A stretch of 64,000 nt of DNA, from positions 244,581-308,580 of the forward strand of contig CAYMSV010000001.1 in NCBI GenBank assembly GCA_964393205.1, read 5' to 3'. Under the pieces are notes generated by a model. That model saw nothing but the letters and a program-made list of their open reading frames with translations, did no database searches and was not told the DNA's origin. A program made the translations under genes and the position numbers. The DNA comes from an uncultured Pseudomonadales bacterium (GTDB lineage Bacteria > Patescibacteriota > Microgenomatia > UBA1400 > PJMF01). Below, one piece after another: positions 49,041 to 59,556 of the stretch (the first letter of the stretch is position 1; each line of letters begins with the position of its first letter).

Positions 49041-50072
49041 TTAGTTCTTTTCTTTAGGCGGGGTGATACCAAAATATTGATAAGCCTTATGAGAGACAAT
49101 CCGTCCTTTAGGGGTACGGCGAATGAAACCAATCTGTAATAAATAGGGTTCCAAAACTTCTTCAATGGTACCGGCATCTTCGCTGATACTGGCAGAAAGA
49201 GTTTTAAGCCCCACCGCTTTACCATCATGTTTTTTAATCAAAGCCATCAGTAGGCGGCGATCGTTTTCATCTAAACCCAGCTCATCGATTTCAAAAATTT
49301 CCAGGGCTTTAGTAACGAGGGCCGAATCAATACTGGCTTTTTCCAAAACTTGAGCAAAATCACGCACGCGCTTAAGTAGTTTAAGGGCAATTCTTGGTGT
49401 GCCTCGGGAGCGTTCAGCCAAAGAGAGGCGAGCGGGACGATCAATAGTGCAGTGTAATTTATCACTGGCATATTTAATAATTTTTTCTAGTTCCTGTGGC
49501 TGATAAAATTCCAAGCGATGAATTAGGCCAAAACGATCACGAAATGGCCCGGTCAGCAAACCAAAGCGAGTGGTAGCTCCGACCAGGGTAAATTTTGCCA
49601 AATCTAAGCGCACAGTGCGAGCGCTGGGACCTTTGCCAATGACAATATCTAGAGCAAAATCTTCCATAGCTGGATAAAGAGTTTCTTCAACGGCTTTGGG
49701 TAAGCGATGAATTTCATCAATAAATAAAATATCTCCATCTTCTAAATTAGTTAAAATAGCAGCCAAATCACTGGTTTTGGAGAGGGCGGTGCCTGAGGTA
49801 ATGCGAAAATTAACGCCCATTTCTTTAGCGATTAATTGAGCCAAGGTCGTCTTACCCAATCCTGGGGGGCCGTAAAAAAGGACATGATCGATGGCTTCTT
49901 TTCTTTGAGCAGCTGCATCAATGGCAATTTTTAGAGATTTTTTAATATTTTCTTGACCCAAGAACTCCTGCCAATTACTGGCACGCAGCGAGGTAAAAAG
50001 TAATTCTTCCTCATCATCCTTGATGAGACGAGGATCAATATCAGTTTTTGTCATAATTTTTTCCACTAGCAA
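49041..50072 (-). CDS. ruvB: Holliday junction branch-migration ATPase RuvB
   Basis: Walker [13 protein letters not shown]+ domain. Confidence 0.95.
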   Translation of the reverse strand: MLVEKIMTKTDIDPRLIKDDEEELLFTSLRASNWQEFLGQENIKKSLKIAIDAAAQRKEAIDHVLFYGPPGLGKTTLAQLIAKEMGVNFRITSGTALSKTSDLAAILTNLEDGDILFIDEIHRLPKAVEETLYPAMEDFALDIVIGKGPSARTVRLDLAKFTLVGATTRFGLLTGPFRDRFGLIHRLEFYQPQELEKIIKYASDKLHCTIDRPARLSLAERSRGTPRIALKLLKRVRDFAQVLEKASIDSALVTKALEIFEIDELGLDENDRRLLMALIKKHDGKAVGLKTLSASISEDAGTIEEVLEPYLLQIGFIRRTPKGRIVSHKAYQYFGITPPKEKN

Positions 50073-50637
50073 TTTTTAGAGCCTGTTTGATGGCCACTGC
50101 CAAATCCAAGCTTTCAATATCAATTTTTTCCAAGGCAAAATTAATGCTTTGATCATCAAAACCCAAGCCCAAAAGTGCATCATAAACATCTTGTTTTTTT
50201 GGTGAGAGCGTGGCGAGGTTAAGTTCTTTGAGCCCACCTAGTTTACTCTTTAATTCAATAATGATTTTTTGGGCTAGTTTTTTGCCGACTCGTGGTATAG
50301 CAGTGAAAAAACTTAAATTAGCTTCTTGTACAGCACTAATTAGTTTTTCTGCTCCAGCATTAACGATGGCTAGAGCAGTTTTAGGCCCAACCCCAGAAAC
50401 GGTCAAAACTAGTTGAAAGAGAGCCAATTCTTTTTCTTGGGCAAAACCATAAAGTTCTAATCGATCTTCTTTGACGTGAGTAAAGATATGAGCTTCGAGC
50501 TCTTCGCCCTTTAATTCATTTTGACTAGCACTTTGCAAAAAGTTGCTAGTAGCCTGAACCTGATAACCAACTCCCCCACAAATAATAATCAGATAGTTTT
50601 TTTTGACAGTAACTTGACCTTTGAGATAAGCAATCAT
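50041..50637 (-). CDS. ruvA: Holliday junction DNA helicase subunit RuvA
   Basis: MIAYLKGQV...GVGYQVQ OB fold plus helix-hairpin-helix. Confidence 0.9.
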   Translation of the reverse strand: MIAYLKGQVTVKKNYLIIICGGVGYQVQATSNFLQSASQNELKGEELEAHIFTHVKEDRLELYGFAQEKELALFQLVLTVSGVGPKTALAIVNAGAEKLISAVQEANLSFFTAIPRVGKKLAQKIIIELKSKLGGLKELNLATLSPKKQDVYDALLGLGFDDQSINFALEKIDIESLDLAVAIKQALKIASGKNYDKN

Positions 50638-51134
50638 AAATTTTTTAACTTTCTGGCAGCTTGATGGCAGATGAGTAGAGCTAGCGCATCAAAAGTATCA
50701 TCTAGGATCTCTTCTGTGCCTTTTTGATCAATTGCTAACTCCATCCGTACCATCTTTTCTACAGCTTTTTTGTCCGCTCGTCCATAGCCAGTTACAGCTT
50801 GCTTGATTTGTAGTGGCGTATATTGGCTAATTTTTAAACCAGCACTGAGCAAGGTAGCCATAATTAAACCCCGAGCCTCACTGACTTTCATGGCTGTACT
50901 CTGATTTTTAAACCAAAAGAGGGTTTCAATGGCGGCTTCTTGGGGCTGAAGCTGATCTACGATGTCTTTTAATTCGCTCAAAATTTGTTGATAGCGATCC
51001 TCAATTTCTCCTTGTCGATCAGTAGTGATGCAGCCATGGCCAAAAATCTGCCAACCACTTTTCAATTGTTGAGCCACTGCCCAACCCAGGCGATCATAAC
51101 CTGGATCAATGCCAATAATAATCGGATTAGGCAT
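50634..51134 (-). CDS. ruvC: Crossover junction endodeoxyribonuclease RuvC
   Basis: IIIGIDPGYDRLGWAV catalytic N-terminus. Start taken at ATG 51134, two nt after the upstream stop. Confidence 0.85.
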   Translation of the reverse strand: MPNPIIIGIDPGYDRLGWAVAQQLKSGWQIFGHGCITTDRQGEIEDRYQQILSELKDIVDQLQPQEAAIETLFWFKNQSTAMKVSEARGLIMATLLSAGLKISQYTPLQIKQAVTGYGRADKKAVEKMVRMELAIDQKGTEEILDDTFDALALLICHQAARKLKNL

Positions 51135-52320
51135 TTTTACTTTCGCTAGCTGTTTTTTTAATGAGAGCAAGAATTTTTGAAGCAGATTTTTGCCAAGTAA
51201 AGCGCTTAGCATATCTTTGTCTAGCGTTGATCAGGCTTTGATATTTTTTGCTACTTAGTTTATTGAAATCAAGCATTTTTTGAGCAATAGCTTGGTGATC
51301 TTGGGGGTCAACACTGAGCTTAGCCTCGGCAACCACTTCATTGAGGCTGGAATTGTCAGCGACAATTGGCAAGCAACCGGCTTCAATTGATTCTAGGGCT
51401 GGAATACCAAAACCCTCATAAAGAGAGAGTAAAAAGCTTAATTTGGCTCGCTGGTAAAGAGCTTTTTTAAACTTACTGGGCACAAAACCGGTGACAATAA
51501 TTTTTTCTTTAAAGATAAATTTATCAATTTGCTTGAGTAAATCATCACTTAGCCAACCAACTTTGCCAGCAATGACTAGTTGTGGCGCTTGAGCTAGAGC
51601 TCGATCTTTATTATTGTTGGTTTGAGCTAGAGTTTCTAGTAAAAAGATTTCATAAGCTCTGATGAGTGAAGACAGATTTTTTCTTGGCTGAAGAGTGCCC
51701 AAATAGAGAAAACAATTGTTCTTGATGTCGTGTTGGCGGAAAAATTGCTTGCTTTCTTCTTGTTTGGCACTTTTGGCAAAGCGATTAGCTGGTGGGGCAA
51801 CCAAAATATCTTTTGCCGATCGGCCATAATGCTTAATAATTTCTTGTTTGGAAAAATCACTAATAGTTAAAACCTTTTTAGCATTTTTGACACTATATTT
51901 TGTCCAAGATTTTAGTTGCAAAAGATCTTCGGGACGAAATTGTTGAGGAAAGTGCAAATAAGCCAAATCCATAACACTACTAATATATGGCACGCTAGAA
52001 AAGCGTGGCGCATAGTGACCAGGTGTAAAAAAGAGATCATAGTCCTTGCGGTGCAAAAACAAATGAATCGGTAGTGCCCATTGAGTCCAGAGTTTTTGGG
52101 GCTGCAGGTAAACATAAGTCCAATTTTTTCTAGTTTCTGGTAGATCAGCAACTTTTTCTCTGGCTAACAAGACAGTAATTTGCCACTGACTAGATTTTTT
52201 ACACTGCTTATAAAATTGCTGAAGAATTTCAAAAGCATAGACATTGCTGCCAACACGTTTTTCAACATTAGCTTCATTGCCGTCAATAGCTAGGTAGATA
52301 GTTTTTTTGTTTTTAGTCAT
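51127..52320 (-). CDS. Glycosyltransferase family 4 (GT-B)
   Basis: GT1/GT4 C-terminal domain with E..GFG.P..E. Confidence 0.7.
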   Translation of the reverse strand: MTKNKKTIYLAIDGNEANVEKRVGSNVYAFEILQQFYKQCKKSSQWQITVLLAREKVADLPETRKNWTYVYLQPQKLWTQWALPIHLFLHRKDYDLFFTPGHYAPRFSSVPYISSVMDLAYLHFPQQFRPEDLLQLKSWTKYSVKNAKKVLTISDFSKQEIIKHYGRSAKDILVAPPANRFAKSAKQEESKQFFRQHDIKNNCFLYLGTLQPRKNLSSLIRAYEIFLLETLAQTNNNKDRALAQAPQLVIAGKVGWLSDDLLKQIDKFIFKEKIIVTGFVPSKFKKALYQRAKLSFLLSLYEGFGIPALESIEAGCLPIVADNSSLNEVVAEAKLSVDPQDHQAIAQKMLDFNKLSSKKYQSLINARQRYAKRFTWQKSASKILALIKKTASESKNA

Positions 52321-53456
52321 TTTTTCTCTTCAATAGCTCGGCGATAAACTTCCAAGGTAGTGCGAGCAGTTTTGGACCAGTTAAAAAGATGCAGGCGAAT
52401 TATCATGCGCTGGAGGCGGGTGGCGCTAGCAGCCTTGTCTTCACCAAGTAACTTTTTTAAACCACTGCGAATATCTTCAATACTATTGGGATTAACTAAA
52501 AGAGCGGCATTACCAGCCACTTCTTTAATCACAGGAATATCGCTACTCAGCACTGGCACACCATGAGAAAAGGCTTCCAAAATAGGTAAGCCAAAACCTT
52601 CATCAAGGCTGGGATAAGCTAGTAATTCGGCATAATGGTAAAGGGCAGCTAAAGCTAAATCATCAACTTGGCCCATAAAGCGCAAGTGCTCTTGATGAAG
52701 CTGACGACTCTTATCCCAAGCTTTTTCACCAGCGACAATTAAGTCAAAATCTCCAGCCAAAGGTTCCCAAGCTTTAATCAGGCGCTCTAAGTTTTTGCGT
52801 GGCTCCCGACTACCCACAAAGAGAATATAAGGACGAGTCAATTTAAGCTTTTTTTTCAGCTGAACACGCAATTCGTCACTGGCACTCAAGCGATCACTAG
52901 TTTCCTTAATGGCTCGTGGCAGAGCTTCATAAGTGACAGTAATGCGTTCGGGCGGAATTTGCAGTAGTTTAACAATCTCATTTTTACTAGCTTGAGTAAC
53001 GGTTAAAATTTGCGCACTTCGCTCTTTTAAAATTTTCCAAGAGCGCTGGTGAGCAGCTAAGACTCGAGGATGAGCCGTCTCTGGATATTTGAGAATAGCT
53101 AAATCATGAATGGTGGAAACCAGTGGCAGATCTTTATCTGGTGGTTGTAGCCAATCCCAACTGTGAAAAACCTCTACCCCAGGCATAGTGTTAGTGATTG
53201 GTCGCAGACCCAGAGACCATAGTTTAGCTAAGATTGAGGGCGGAATTTTACCTAAAAAAAGATCATATTTGTCTGGAGTGGTGCTTTTTAATTGCTCTTT
53301 TAACTCTTCACTTAGCTGAGCGTGAGCCCTGAGGGAATTGCCATAAAGTAAGAGTTCGACATTGGGTAATTCAAGTAAAGCCAGCATTAAATTACTGGTA
53401 TAGCGAGAGACCCCGCGCCGATAAACTAAACTACTGACATCCAAGCCGATTTTCAT
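52317..53456 (-). CDS. Glycosyltransferase family 4 (GT-B)
   Basis: MKIGLDVSSL N-terminus and C-terminal EGFGLPILEA. Confidence 0.75.
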   Translation of the reverse strand: MKIGLDVSSLVYRRGVSRYTSNLMLALLELPNVELLLYGNSLRAHAQLSEELKEQLKSTTPDKYDLFLGKIPPSILAKLWSLGLRPITNTMPGVEVFHSWDWLQPPDKDLPLVSTIHDLAILKYPETAHPRVLAAHQRSWKILKERSAQILTVTQASKNEIVKLLQIPPERITVTYEALPRAIKETSDRLSASDELRVQLKKKLKLTRPYILFVGSREPRKNLERLIKAWEPLAGDFDLIVAGEKAWDKSRQLHQEHLRFMGQVDDLALAALYHYAELLAYPSLDEGFGLPILEAFSHGVPVLSSDIPVIKEVAGNAALLVNPNSIEDIRSGLKKLLGEDKAASATRLQRMIIRLHLFNWSKTARTTLEVYRRAIEEKK

Positions 53457-54915
53457 AGGCCATCACACTTTCTTTACTATACATTCTAACAAAACCAATA
53501 TTAGGATAATCTAGTACACCAATATTTTCAAAACCCAAATCTTGAATAAGTTTGGGCAGTTGATCATTAGGATCAGTTAAATCACGCAGATAATCAAAGA
53601 GTAAGACATATTCATAATCACTCAAGGTTTTGAGTCGATTAGCCAAATCCGTTTCAGCTGGCAAATAGTAGCTTTGGGTGGCAAAAGCATCGATCCAAGC
53701 CTCGCTGTAATAAACCCAAGGGGCAAAAGGAGCGCTAAAAGAAAAAACAGCCACTGATTTGCCTCGACCATAAGCTAGCTCCACTTCTTCAACTAGGGAG
53801 CGCCAATTTTCGCGTTGCAGTTTGGGTTGCAGCCAATAACTAACTAGAGCAAACAAATGAATGGCAAAGAGGCTAAAGAAAAGAATTTTAGCCAAGACCA
53901 TTAAGCGGCCTTTGGCTTCAATAATTAAGTGACTGATGAAAATAAAGAAGGCGGGTAGTAAAAATAAGACGCGCTTGGGCTGTAGCACCGGAATAAAAAA
54001 GGAAAAGACCCAGATTAAAAGCAAGGGAGCAAGAAAAAAATAAAGAGCAAAAGTTAGTGCAGTTTGAGTGTTTTTGTTAGAGCGCTGATCATAAAAGAGC
54101 TTGGTGACTAGAACCAGCAAGAGTAAAAAACTAGCAATAAAAAAGAGATTGGGCTCTAAATCAAGCAAGCCATAAATAAATTTGAGTGGCACTAGCGGCA
54201 AACTTTTGAGCTGAGGTAGGCTAACCACCTCTGCCCAACCCGGCATTTGTAAGCGCAGAGCTTGACCGACAGTTAATTGCTGCCAAAACTTAGGCAGCCA
54301 AGGTAGAAAAGCCAAAACAATTAGGCCGAGAGGCGCTAGCAACTTTTTGATTTTAATTTTTTTAACTAGAGTCAAATAAGCCAGCTGGCAGAGCAAGAAA
54401 AAGGGATATAAATAACTAGAATAAAGACCAAAGATAGAACTAAGTATAAAAGTGAGTTGAGAGCGCTTTTTGGGCCAGTTGAGCATGGCCAGGGTGCCTA
54501 AACTAGCCCACATCATCGCTAAACTATAAGGCCTGAGTTCTTGGGAGAAGAAAATATGCAAGGGCGAAGTAGCCAGAAACAGAGCACTTAAAAAAGCAAT
54601 GGCTCTAGCCTGCTTTTTTTTAGCAAAAAGTTGCAGGGCAATTTGGTAAGTAGCCCAAACACTAATGAGGCCAGGAATGACACTGGGTAGTAAGCGCAAG
54701 AGGGCTTCATTTTGTCCCAAACCAAAAACACTGAGCAAGCGCAGCCAAAAAAAAGTTAGCAAGTGCATCAGTGGTGGTTGAAAGTCAGCAGCAATTTGCA
54801 GTTGCTGGCTGAGTGGACGAGCACTTTCCAAAATTTGAGCAGCTTCATCTAGCCAAAAAGAATCATTGAGTCTGACTAAACGCAAAAGTAAAGCTAGGAA
54901 TAAAATAGCCTTCAT
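53431..54915 (-). CDS. GT-C fold membrane glycosyltransferase, PMT_2 (GT39/GT83) family
   Basis: FWLDEA motif in the first extracytoplasmic loop, followed by about 12 TM helices. Confidence 0.7.
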   Translation of the reverse strand: MKAILFLALLLRLVRLNDSFWLDEAAQILESARPLSQQLQIAADFQPPLMHLLTFFWLRLLSVFGLGQNEALLRLLPSVIPGLISVWATYQIALQLFAKKKQARAIAFLSALFLATSPLHIFFSQELRPYSLAMMWASLGTLAMLNWPKKRSQLTFILSSIFGLYSSYLYPFFLLCQLAYLTLVKKIKIKKLLAPLGLIVLAFLPWLPKFWQQLTVGQALRLQMPGWAEVVSLPQLKSLPLVPLKFIYGLLDLEPNLFFIASFLLLLVLVTKLFYDQRSNKNTQTALTFALYFFLAPLLLIWVFSFFIPVLQPKRVLFLLPAFFIFISHLIIEAKGRLMVLAKILFFSLFAIHLFALVSYWLQPKLQRENWRSLVEEVELAYGRGKSVAVFSFSAPFAPWVYYSEAWIDAFATQSYYLPAETDLANRLKTLSDYEYVLLFDYLRDLTDPNDQLPKLIQDLGFENIGVLDYPNIGFVRMYSKESVMAYENRLGCQ

Positions 54916-54933
54916 CTCTCCTATTATGGCAAT

Positions 54934-55611
54934 TTAGAGGGTGAGGCGCAAATGTAAAATTCTACCGATGATCTTGAAACCGTCTAAAAGTTCCATCTTT
55001 TGGTCGGTGGGATGATAAATGGTCTTGATAGGTACGGTAGCAAAAGGTAAGTAGTTGCGAGCGGTGCGGCAAGAAATTTCGACTTCAACACTATAATTAT
55101 TACTCTGCCAGCGCAGTTTAGGATAAACTTCTTTGCTGATCGCTTTATAACCGGACAGCGAATCGGAAATGTAAAAGTCATAAAGTGCCCAGATCAAAAA
55201 AGAAATGGCACGATTGCCGGCTACTCGCCCCAGTGACATGCCTTGTTTGAGGTTGCGAAGGCCAAAAATTAATTGTGGTGGTTTTTTTTGATCAAGCAGG
55301 GCAAAAAAGTGTTGCAAATCACTTGGATCGTGCTGGCCATCACCATCCATAAAAATCACATACTTGGCATCGAGTTCGTTGAAAGCAAAGTCAGCCCCTT
55401 TGCGCATGCTAGCGCCTTTACCCAAGTTAGTCTCATTAATTAAGCAGTGTTTAACATATTTTTTGGCAATTTTACAGGTGCTGTCACTAGAGCCATCGTC
55501 AACGAGAACAATGTTTTTAGTAATAGTTCTTAGTTTTTTGAGTAAAGGATGGAGGTGGCGAGCTTCGTTGTGGGCAGCGATAACGATATAAGTATGATTA
55601 TTTGCTGTCAT
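54934..55611 (-). CDS. GT2 polyprenyl-phosphate glycosyltransferase, DPM1-like soluble form
   Basis: VIAAHNEA...VLVDDGSSD...FMDGDGQHDP. Confidence 0.7.
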   Translation of the reverse strand: MTANNHTYIVIAAHNEARHLHPLLKKLRTITKNIVLVDDGSSDSTCKIAKKYVKHCLINETNLGKGASMRKGADFAFNELDAKYVIFMDGDGQHDPSDLQHFFALLDQKKPPQLIFGLRNLKQGMSLGRVAGNRAISFLIWALYDFYISDSLSGYKAISKEVYPKLRWQSNNYSVEVEISCRTARNYLPFATVPIKTIYHPTDQKMELLDGFKIIGRILHLRLTL

Positions 55612-55671
55612 TGCTCGCTATTATGCCTATTTTGCTCTGCGCTGACAAGCGAAATTTGCTAGAATAAAGAT

Positions 55672-56718
55672 ATGGAAGACATAATTATTGAGCATTATTT
55701 AGCAAAAAAAACGGTATTAATTACTGGCGCTGCTGGCTTTATTGGCTCTCACCTGGTAGATAAGTGTCTGAGTTTGGGGGCGGTGGTGATTGGTGTGGAT
55801 AACTTTATCACTGGTCGGCGAGTGAATTTGAGTCACTTAGAAGACAATCCAGATTTTTATTTGGTAGAAGCTGATGTTAGTCAGACAGCTGAGCAATATT
55901 TGACCTTAGCCCTCGATCAACTAGAAGCTGAGAGACCAGAAACGGCCAAAATTGATGTGCTTTTTCACCTAGCCTCTCCAGCTAGCCCACCAGCCTATCA
56001 GGAACAACCAATTGAAACTTATTTAGTCAATTCGATTGGTACCCATAATCTATTGAGTTTTTTACAAAGCCACTACCCTAGTGCGTGTTTGGTTTATGCC
56101 AGCACCAGTGAGGTTTATGGTGATCCCCTAGTTCATCCCCAAAGTGAAGATTATTGGGGCAATGTTAATCCCAATGGGCCGCGCTCTTGCTATGATGAGA
56201 GTAAGCGCTTGGGTGAAACTATTTGTGGGGTGTTTACTCGCCTCTACCAAATGGATATTCGCTTAGCCAGAATTTTTAATACCTATGGCCCGAGAATGCG
56301 TCCTGATGATGGACGGATTCTACCCAACTTCATCAATCAAGCCCTAAAAAAAGAGCCCCTAACTGTCTATGGTGATGGCAAGCAAAGTCGCTCTTATTGT
56401 TTTGTCAGTGATTTAGTAGAGGCTTTAGTGGAGCTAGGTAGTAAAGAAGATTTGGCTGGTGAGACAATTAATTTAGGTAATAATGAAGAATTTACCGTTT
56501 TGCAAACTGCGCTCTTGGTGCAAAAGATGATTAATGAGCAAGTTGCCAAAGGTGATGTTGTTTTTGAAAAATTACCAACCGATGATCCAACTCGCAGACA
56601 GCCAGATATTAGCAAGGCAGAGAAATTACTCAATTGGCAGCCAAAAATTGAATTTAGAGATGGTTTGAGAAGAACCATTGAGTATTTTCAGACTAGCGAA
56701 GCGCATATTTTGGAGTAA
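55672..56718 (+). CDS. UDP-glucuronate decarboxylase (UDP-xylose synthase, UXS/ArnA-decarboxylase-domain-like SDR)
   Basis: GAAGFIGSH, HLASPASPP, ASTSEVYGDPLVHPQSEDYWGNVNPNGPRSCYDESKR and RIFNTYGPRM read as near-identical to UXS blocks as I recall them (human UXS1 used as reference). Confidence 0.85.
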   Translation: MEDIIIEHYLAKKTVLITGAAGFIGSHLVDKCLSLGAVVIGVDNFITGRRVNLSHLEDNPDFYLVEADVSQTAEQYLTLALDQLEAERPETAKIDVLFHLASPASPPAYQEQPIETYLVNSIGTHNLLSFLQSHYPSACLVYASTSEVYGDPLVHPQSEDYWGNVNPNGPRSCYDESKRLGETICGVFTRLYQMDIRLARIFNTYGPRMRPDDGRILPNFINQALKKEPLTVYGDGKQSRSYCFVSDLVEALVELGSKEDLAGETINLGNNEEFTVLQTALLVQKMINEQVAKGDVVFEKLPTDDPTRRQPDISKAEKLLNWQPKIEFRDGLRRTIEYFQTSEAHILE

Positions 56719-58020
56719 TTAGGATTTAAACTCTCTTTTCCACTCAATTTTAAGCATTAGCCAGGTGAATAACAGTAATCCAGCTCGAGTAATCAGCCGT
56801 ACCCAAGCACTAGCGATAATGCCATATTGAGGCACAAAGATCATATTACCAAACAAGATGATGATCAGTTGCAAAATAGCACTCAGGCTAAAGTAGCGAT
56901 TGTTTTTGAAGGCATAAAAAGGACTAATAAAAGGCATTAGGGCCACACTGATAAAGCCAGCACCAAGTAAAATATGCAAAACATTGAGGGCACTTAAATA
57001 GTCACTACCAATAGTAAAGCGAATTAAATATGGGGCGAAAGGTAAACTGAGAGCAAAAGCTAAAACACTCAGAGCAAAAATTAGCCAAGCTTTGCCAATA
57101 AAGATCTTCAAATCTTTAGCTTTTTTGTAAGCAGCTACCCGAGGATTAAGGACATTAGCCATGGCATAGGCTACCACATAAAGGAGCATGGCAATGCGAC
57201 TCACTCCAGCCAGCAAACCGGTTTCAAAATCTGTCAAATAGTGTTTGGCAAAGAGAATATCCAAATTTTCAATCAGTCCAGCGACTATGACGCTCAAGGC
57301 ACTATGGCGCAAGATCGCTTTTAGTTGAGACTGAGCTTTGGGTTTTTTGATCTTGAGATCATAAGCTAGCCAGCGGGGCTTAAAGAAATGAAAGAGCAAT
57401 AAACTGGGCAGAGCAGCTAAAAGATAAAGACTAATAATTAAATTAATATCAGTAATCCCCTGCCAATAAACAAAAATGGCTAAAAGTAATTTAAATAGGC
57501 TGGGAAAAAAATATGAAAAAGCAGCCAACTTATTGTTTCCCAAACTTTGCAGGGTAGCCAAACTACTTTCAAAAAAGGTAGTAGACATTGAAACAAGAAA
57601 AGTTAAGGGAATCAAGGCAGGATTGTCGATATTGAGCAGTGCAGAAATTTGACTACTAAAAATTAAGCCAAGTGCCGTAATCAGTAGCACCAATACCAAG
57701 CGATATTTCAAACAGAGTGAGAGAAAAATATTGATTTTTTTCTTTTTACTAGTACCACCAACTAATTTTTGCAAAGCAATATTCAGGCCACTATCTTGAA
57801 GGCGATTGAGAATCAAAGACAGAGAAAAAGCGCTAGAAAAATAGGCAAAACTAATGGGACCAAGCAAGCGAGAAATTAAAATAATAGCAACAGCGCTAAA
57901 AGCGGAAGCAATCAGCGAGCTAGTGATCATCAAGAGCGAACCAGCGATACCTTGATGCCGGCGTAAATAGCGATTAAAAAACATCCTTTTTATTTTACTA
58001 GATAGTGAGAGGAGAAACAA
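56719..58020 (-). CDS. Oligosaccharide flippase (Wzx/MOP superfamily)
   Basis: 433 aa, about 12 TM helices. Confidence 0.65.
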   Translation of the reverse strand: MFLLSLSSKIKRMFFNRYLRRHQGIAGSLLMITSSLIASAFSAVAIILISRLLGPISFAYFSSAFSLSLILNRLQDSGLNIALQKLVGGTSKKKKINIFLSLCLKYRLVLVLLITALGLIFSSQISALLNIDNPALIPLTFLVSMSTTFFESSLATLQSLGNNKLAAFSYFFPSLFKLLLAIFVYWQGITDINLIISLYLLAALPSLLLFHFFKPRWLAYDLKIKKPKAQSQLKAILRHSALSVIVAGLIENLDILFAKHYLTDFETGLLAGVSRIAMLLYVVAYAMANVLNPRVAAYKKAKDLKIFIGKAWLIFALSVLAFALSLPFAPYLIRFTIGSDYLSALNVLHILLGAGFISVALMPFISPFYAFKNNRYFSLSAILQLIIILFGNMIFVPQYGIIASAWVRLITRAGLLLFTWLMLKIEWKREFKS

Positions 58021-58055
58021 TTAAACTTTTTTCTAGATCATGCTAAGATAATTCT

Positions 58056-58616
58056 ATGCTTTTTTATCTAGTTTTAATTTTCTTCAGTTTATCCCTAGTT
58101 AACTTTGTTTATTGGCCTGTACAAGACTACTTTGTTAGGCAAGAATTATTAATTACCAGTATCCCTAGTATTTACCCCACTCTTTTCATATTGTTAAGTA
58201 TTATTGTTTTGACCTTGTTACAAAATAAATTAAAAAAAATTTCAGCAGGCTTATTATTGGCTATCTCAGTAGTAGGTTTAGTAGGATCTTTATTGGTTTT
58301 TGATAAATTTTATTTAAAAAATAGAGATTTTTATCAAAGTCCAGTAATTTATCAAATTTCAGAACCATGGCTTATTCAAGGTAGTACGGTAAAAATCACT
58401 GGCATTAGGTTTTTTGATTCAAATCAGGAGCGAGGAAGGGTTATAATAGGAGATCAAGAATTATTAATTGTGGATTGGCGAGATTATGGAATTATTGCTA
58501 GATTGCCAGTGCCACACAGTTTTGGTGATCGGAAAATACAAGTCATTCGCTCTGATCAAAAACTAAGCAATCAAGTTATGGTAAAAATTAAAGATCCAGC
58601 AACTTTAGGAAATTAA
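58056..58616 (+). CDS. Small membrane protein with a C-terminal Ig/IPT-like beta domain
   Basis: Three N-terminal TM helices followed by a beta-rich 90-aa domain. Confidence 0.5.
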   Translation: MLFYLVLIFFSLSLVNFVYWPVQDYFVRQELLITSIPSIYPTLFILLSIIVLTLLQNKLKKISAGLLLAISVVGLVGSLLVFDKFYLKNRDFYQSPVIYQISEPWLIQGSTVKITGIRFFDSNQERGRVIIGDQELLIVDWRDYGIIARLPVPHSFGDRKIQVIRSDQKLSNQVMVKIKDPATLGN

Positions 58617-58620
58617 AAAT

Positions 58621-59556
58621 ATGAAATTAATTATCATGATTCCCTGCTTTAATGAAGAGAAAACTCTTCCTTTGGTAATTAACTCAATTCCTAAAAAAAT
58701 AGTTGGCATTGATAAAATTGAAACATTAATCGTGGATGATGGTTCTAGTGATCAAACAGTGCTTGTCGCTAAAAAACTCAAAGTCAACCACATCATTCAA
58801 CACAAAAATAATAAGGGTTTAGCTAGAGCTTTTGAAACTGGTTTAAACGCCTGTTTGGATAAAGGCGCAGATATTATTGTCAATACAGATGGAGACAATC
58901 AATATCCTCAACAAGATATAACTCGTTTAATAAAACCGATTTTAGATGGCAGTGCTGAAATTGTTATTGCTGATCGCCAAACAGATAAGATTAGTCACTT
59001 TTCTCCTCTTAAAAAGTTTTTGCAAAAATTTGGTAGCTGGTGGGTACAGTTTTTATCTGGTACAAAGATTCCTGATGCAGTGTCAGGTTTTCGAGCCTAT
59101 AGCCGTGAAGCAGCACAACAGCTAAATGTAGTTACCGATTTTTCATATGTAATTGAAACCATCATTCAAGCTAGTAAGAAAAAAATTGCAATTACTTCAG
59201 TTCCTGTTATTACTAATCCAAAAACCAGAGAATCTAGATTATTCAATAGCATGTGGGGACATGTTAAAAAATCTGGAGCAACCATGGTAAGAGTATTTGC
59301 CATGTATGAGCCGCTCAAAACTTTTAGTTTTTTGGCACTAGTGATGTTATTGCCAGGATTATTCTTAGCAGGTCGATTTTTATATTTTTATTTTATTGAA
59401 GGAACTGGTACTGGTCACCTACAATCTTTGTTGCTGTCGGCTGTGTTAATTATTGTGGGTTTTCAAATATTCTTAATTGGTTTAGTGGCAGATTTGATTG
59501 CAAGTAATAGGAAATTAATAGAAAAAATAATTAAGAAAACTAAAAGTGCATCCTAA
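58621..59556 (+). CDS. GT2 polyprenyl-phosphate glycosyltransferase (GtrB/ArnC/DPM1-like) with two C-terminal TM helices
   Basis: IMIPCFNEE, IVDDGSSD, NTDGDNQYP motifs plus a C-terminal TM pair. Confidence 0.75.
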   Translation: MKLIIMIPCFNEEKTLPLVINSIPKKIVGIDKIETLIVDDGSSDQTVLVAKKLKVNHIIQHKNNKGLARAFETGLNACLDKGADIIVNTDGDNQYPQQDITRLIKPILDGSAEIVIADRQTDKISHFSPLKKFLQKFGSWWVQFLSGTKIPDAVSGFRAYSREAAQQLNVVTDFSYVIETIIQASKKKIAITSVPVITNPKTRESRLFNSMWGHVKKSGATMVRVFAMYEPLKTFSFLALVMLLPGLFLAGRFLYFYFIEGTGTGHLQSLLLSAVLIIVGFQIFLIGLVADLIASNRKLIEKIIKKTKSAS

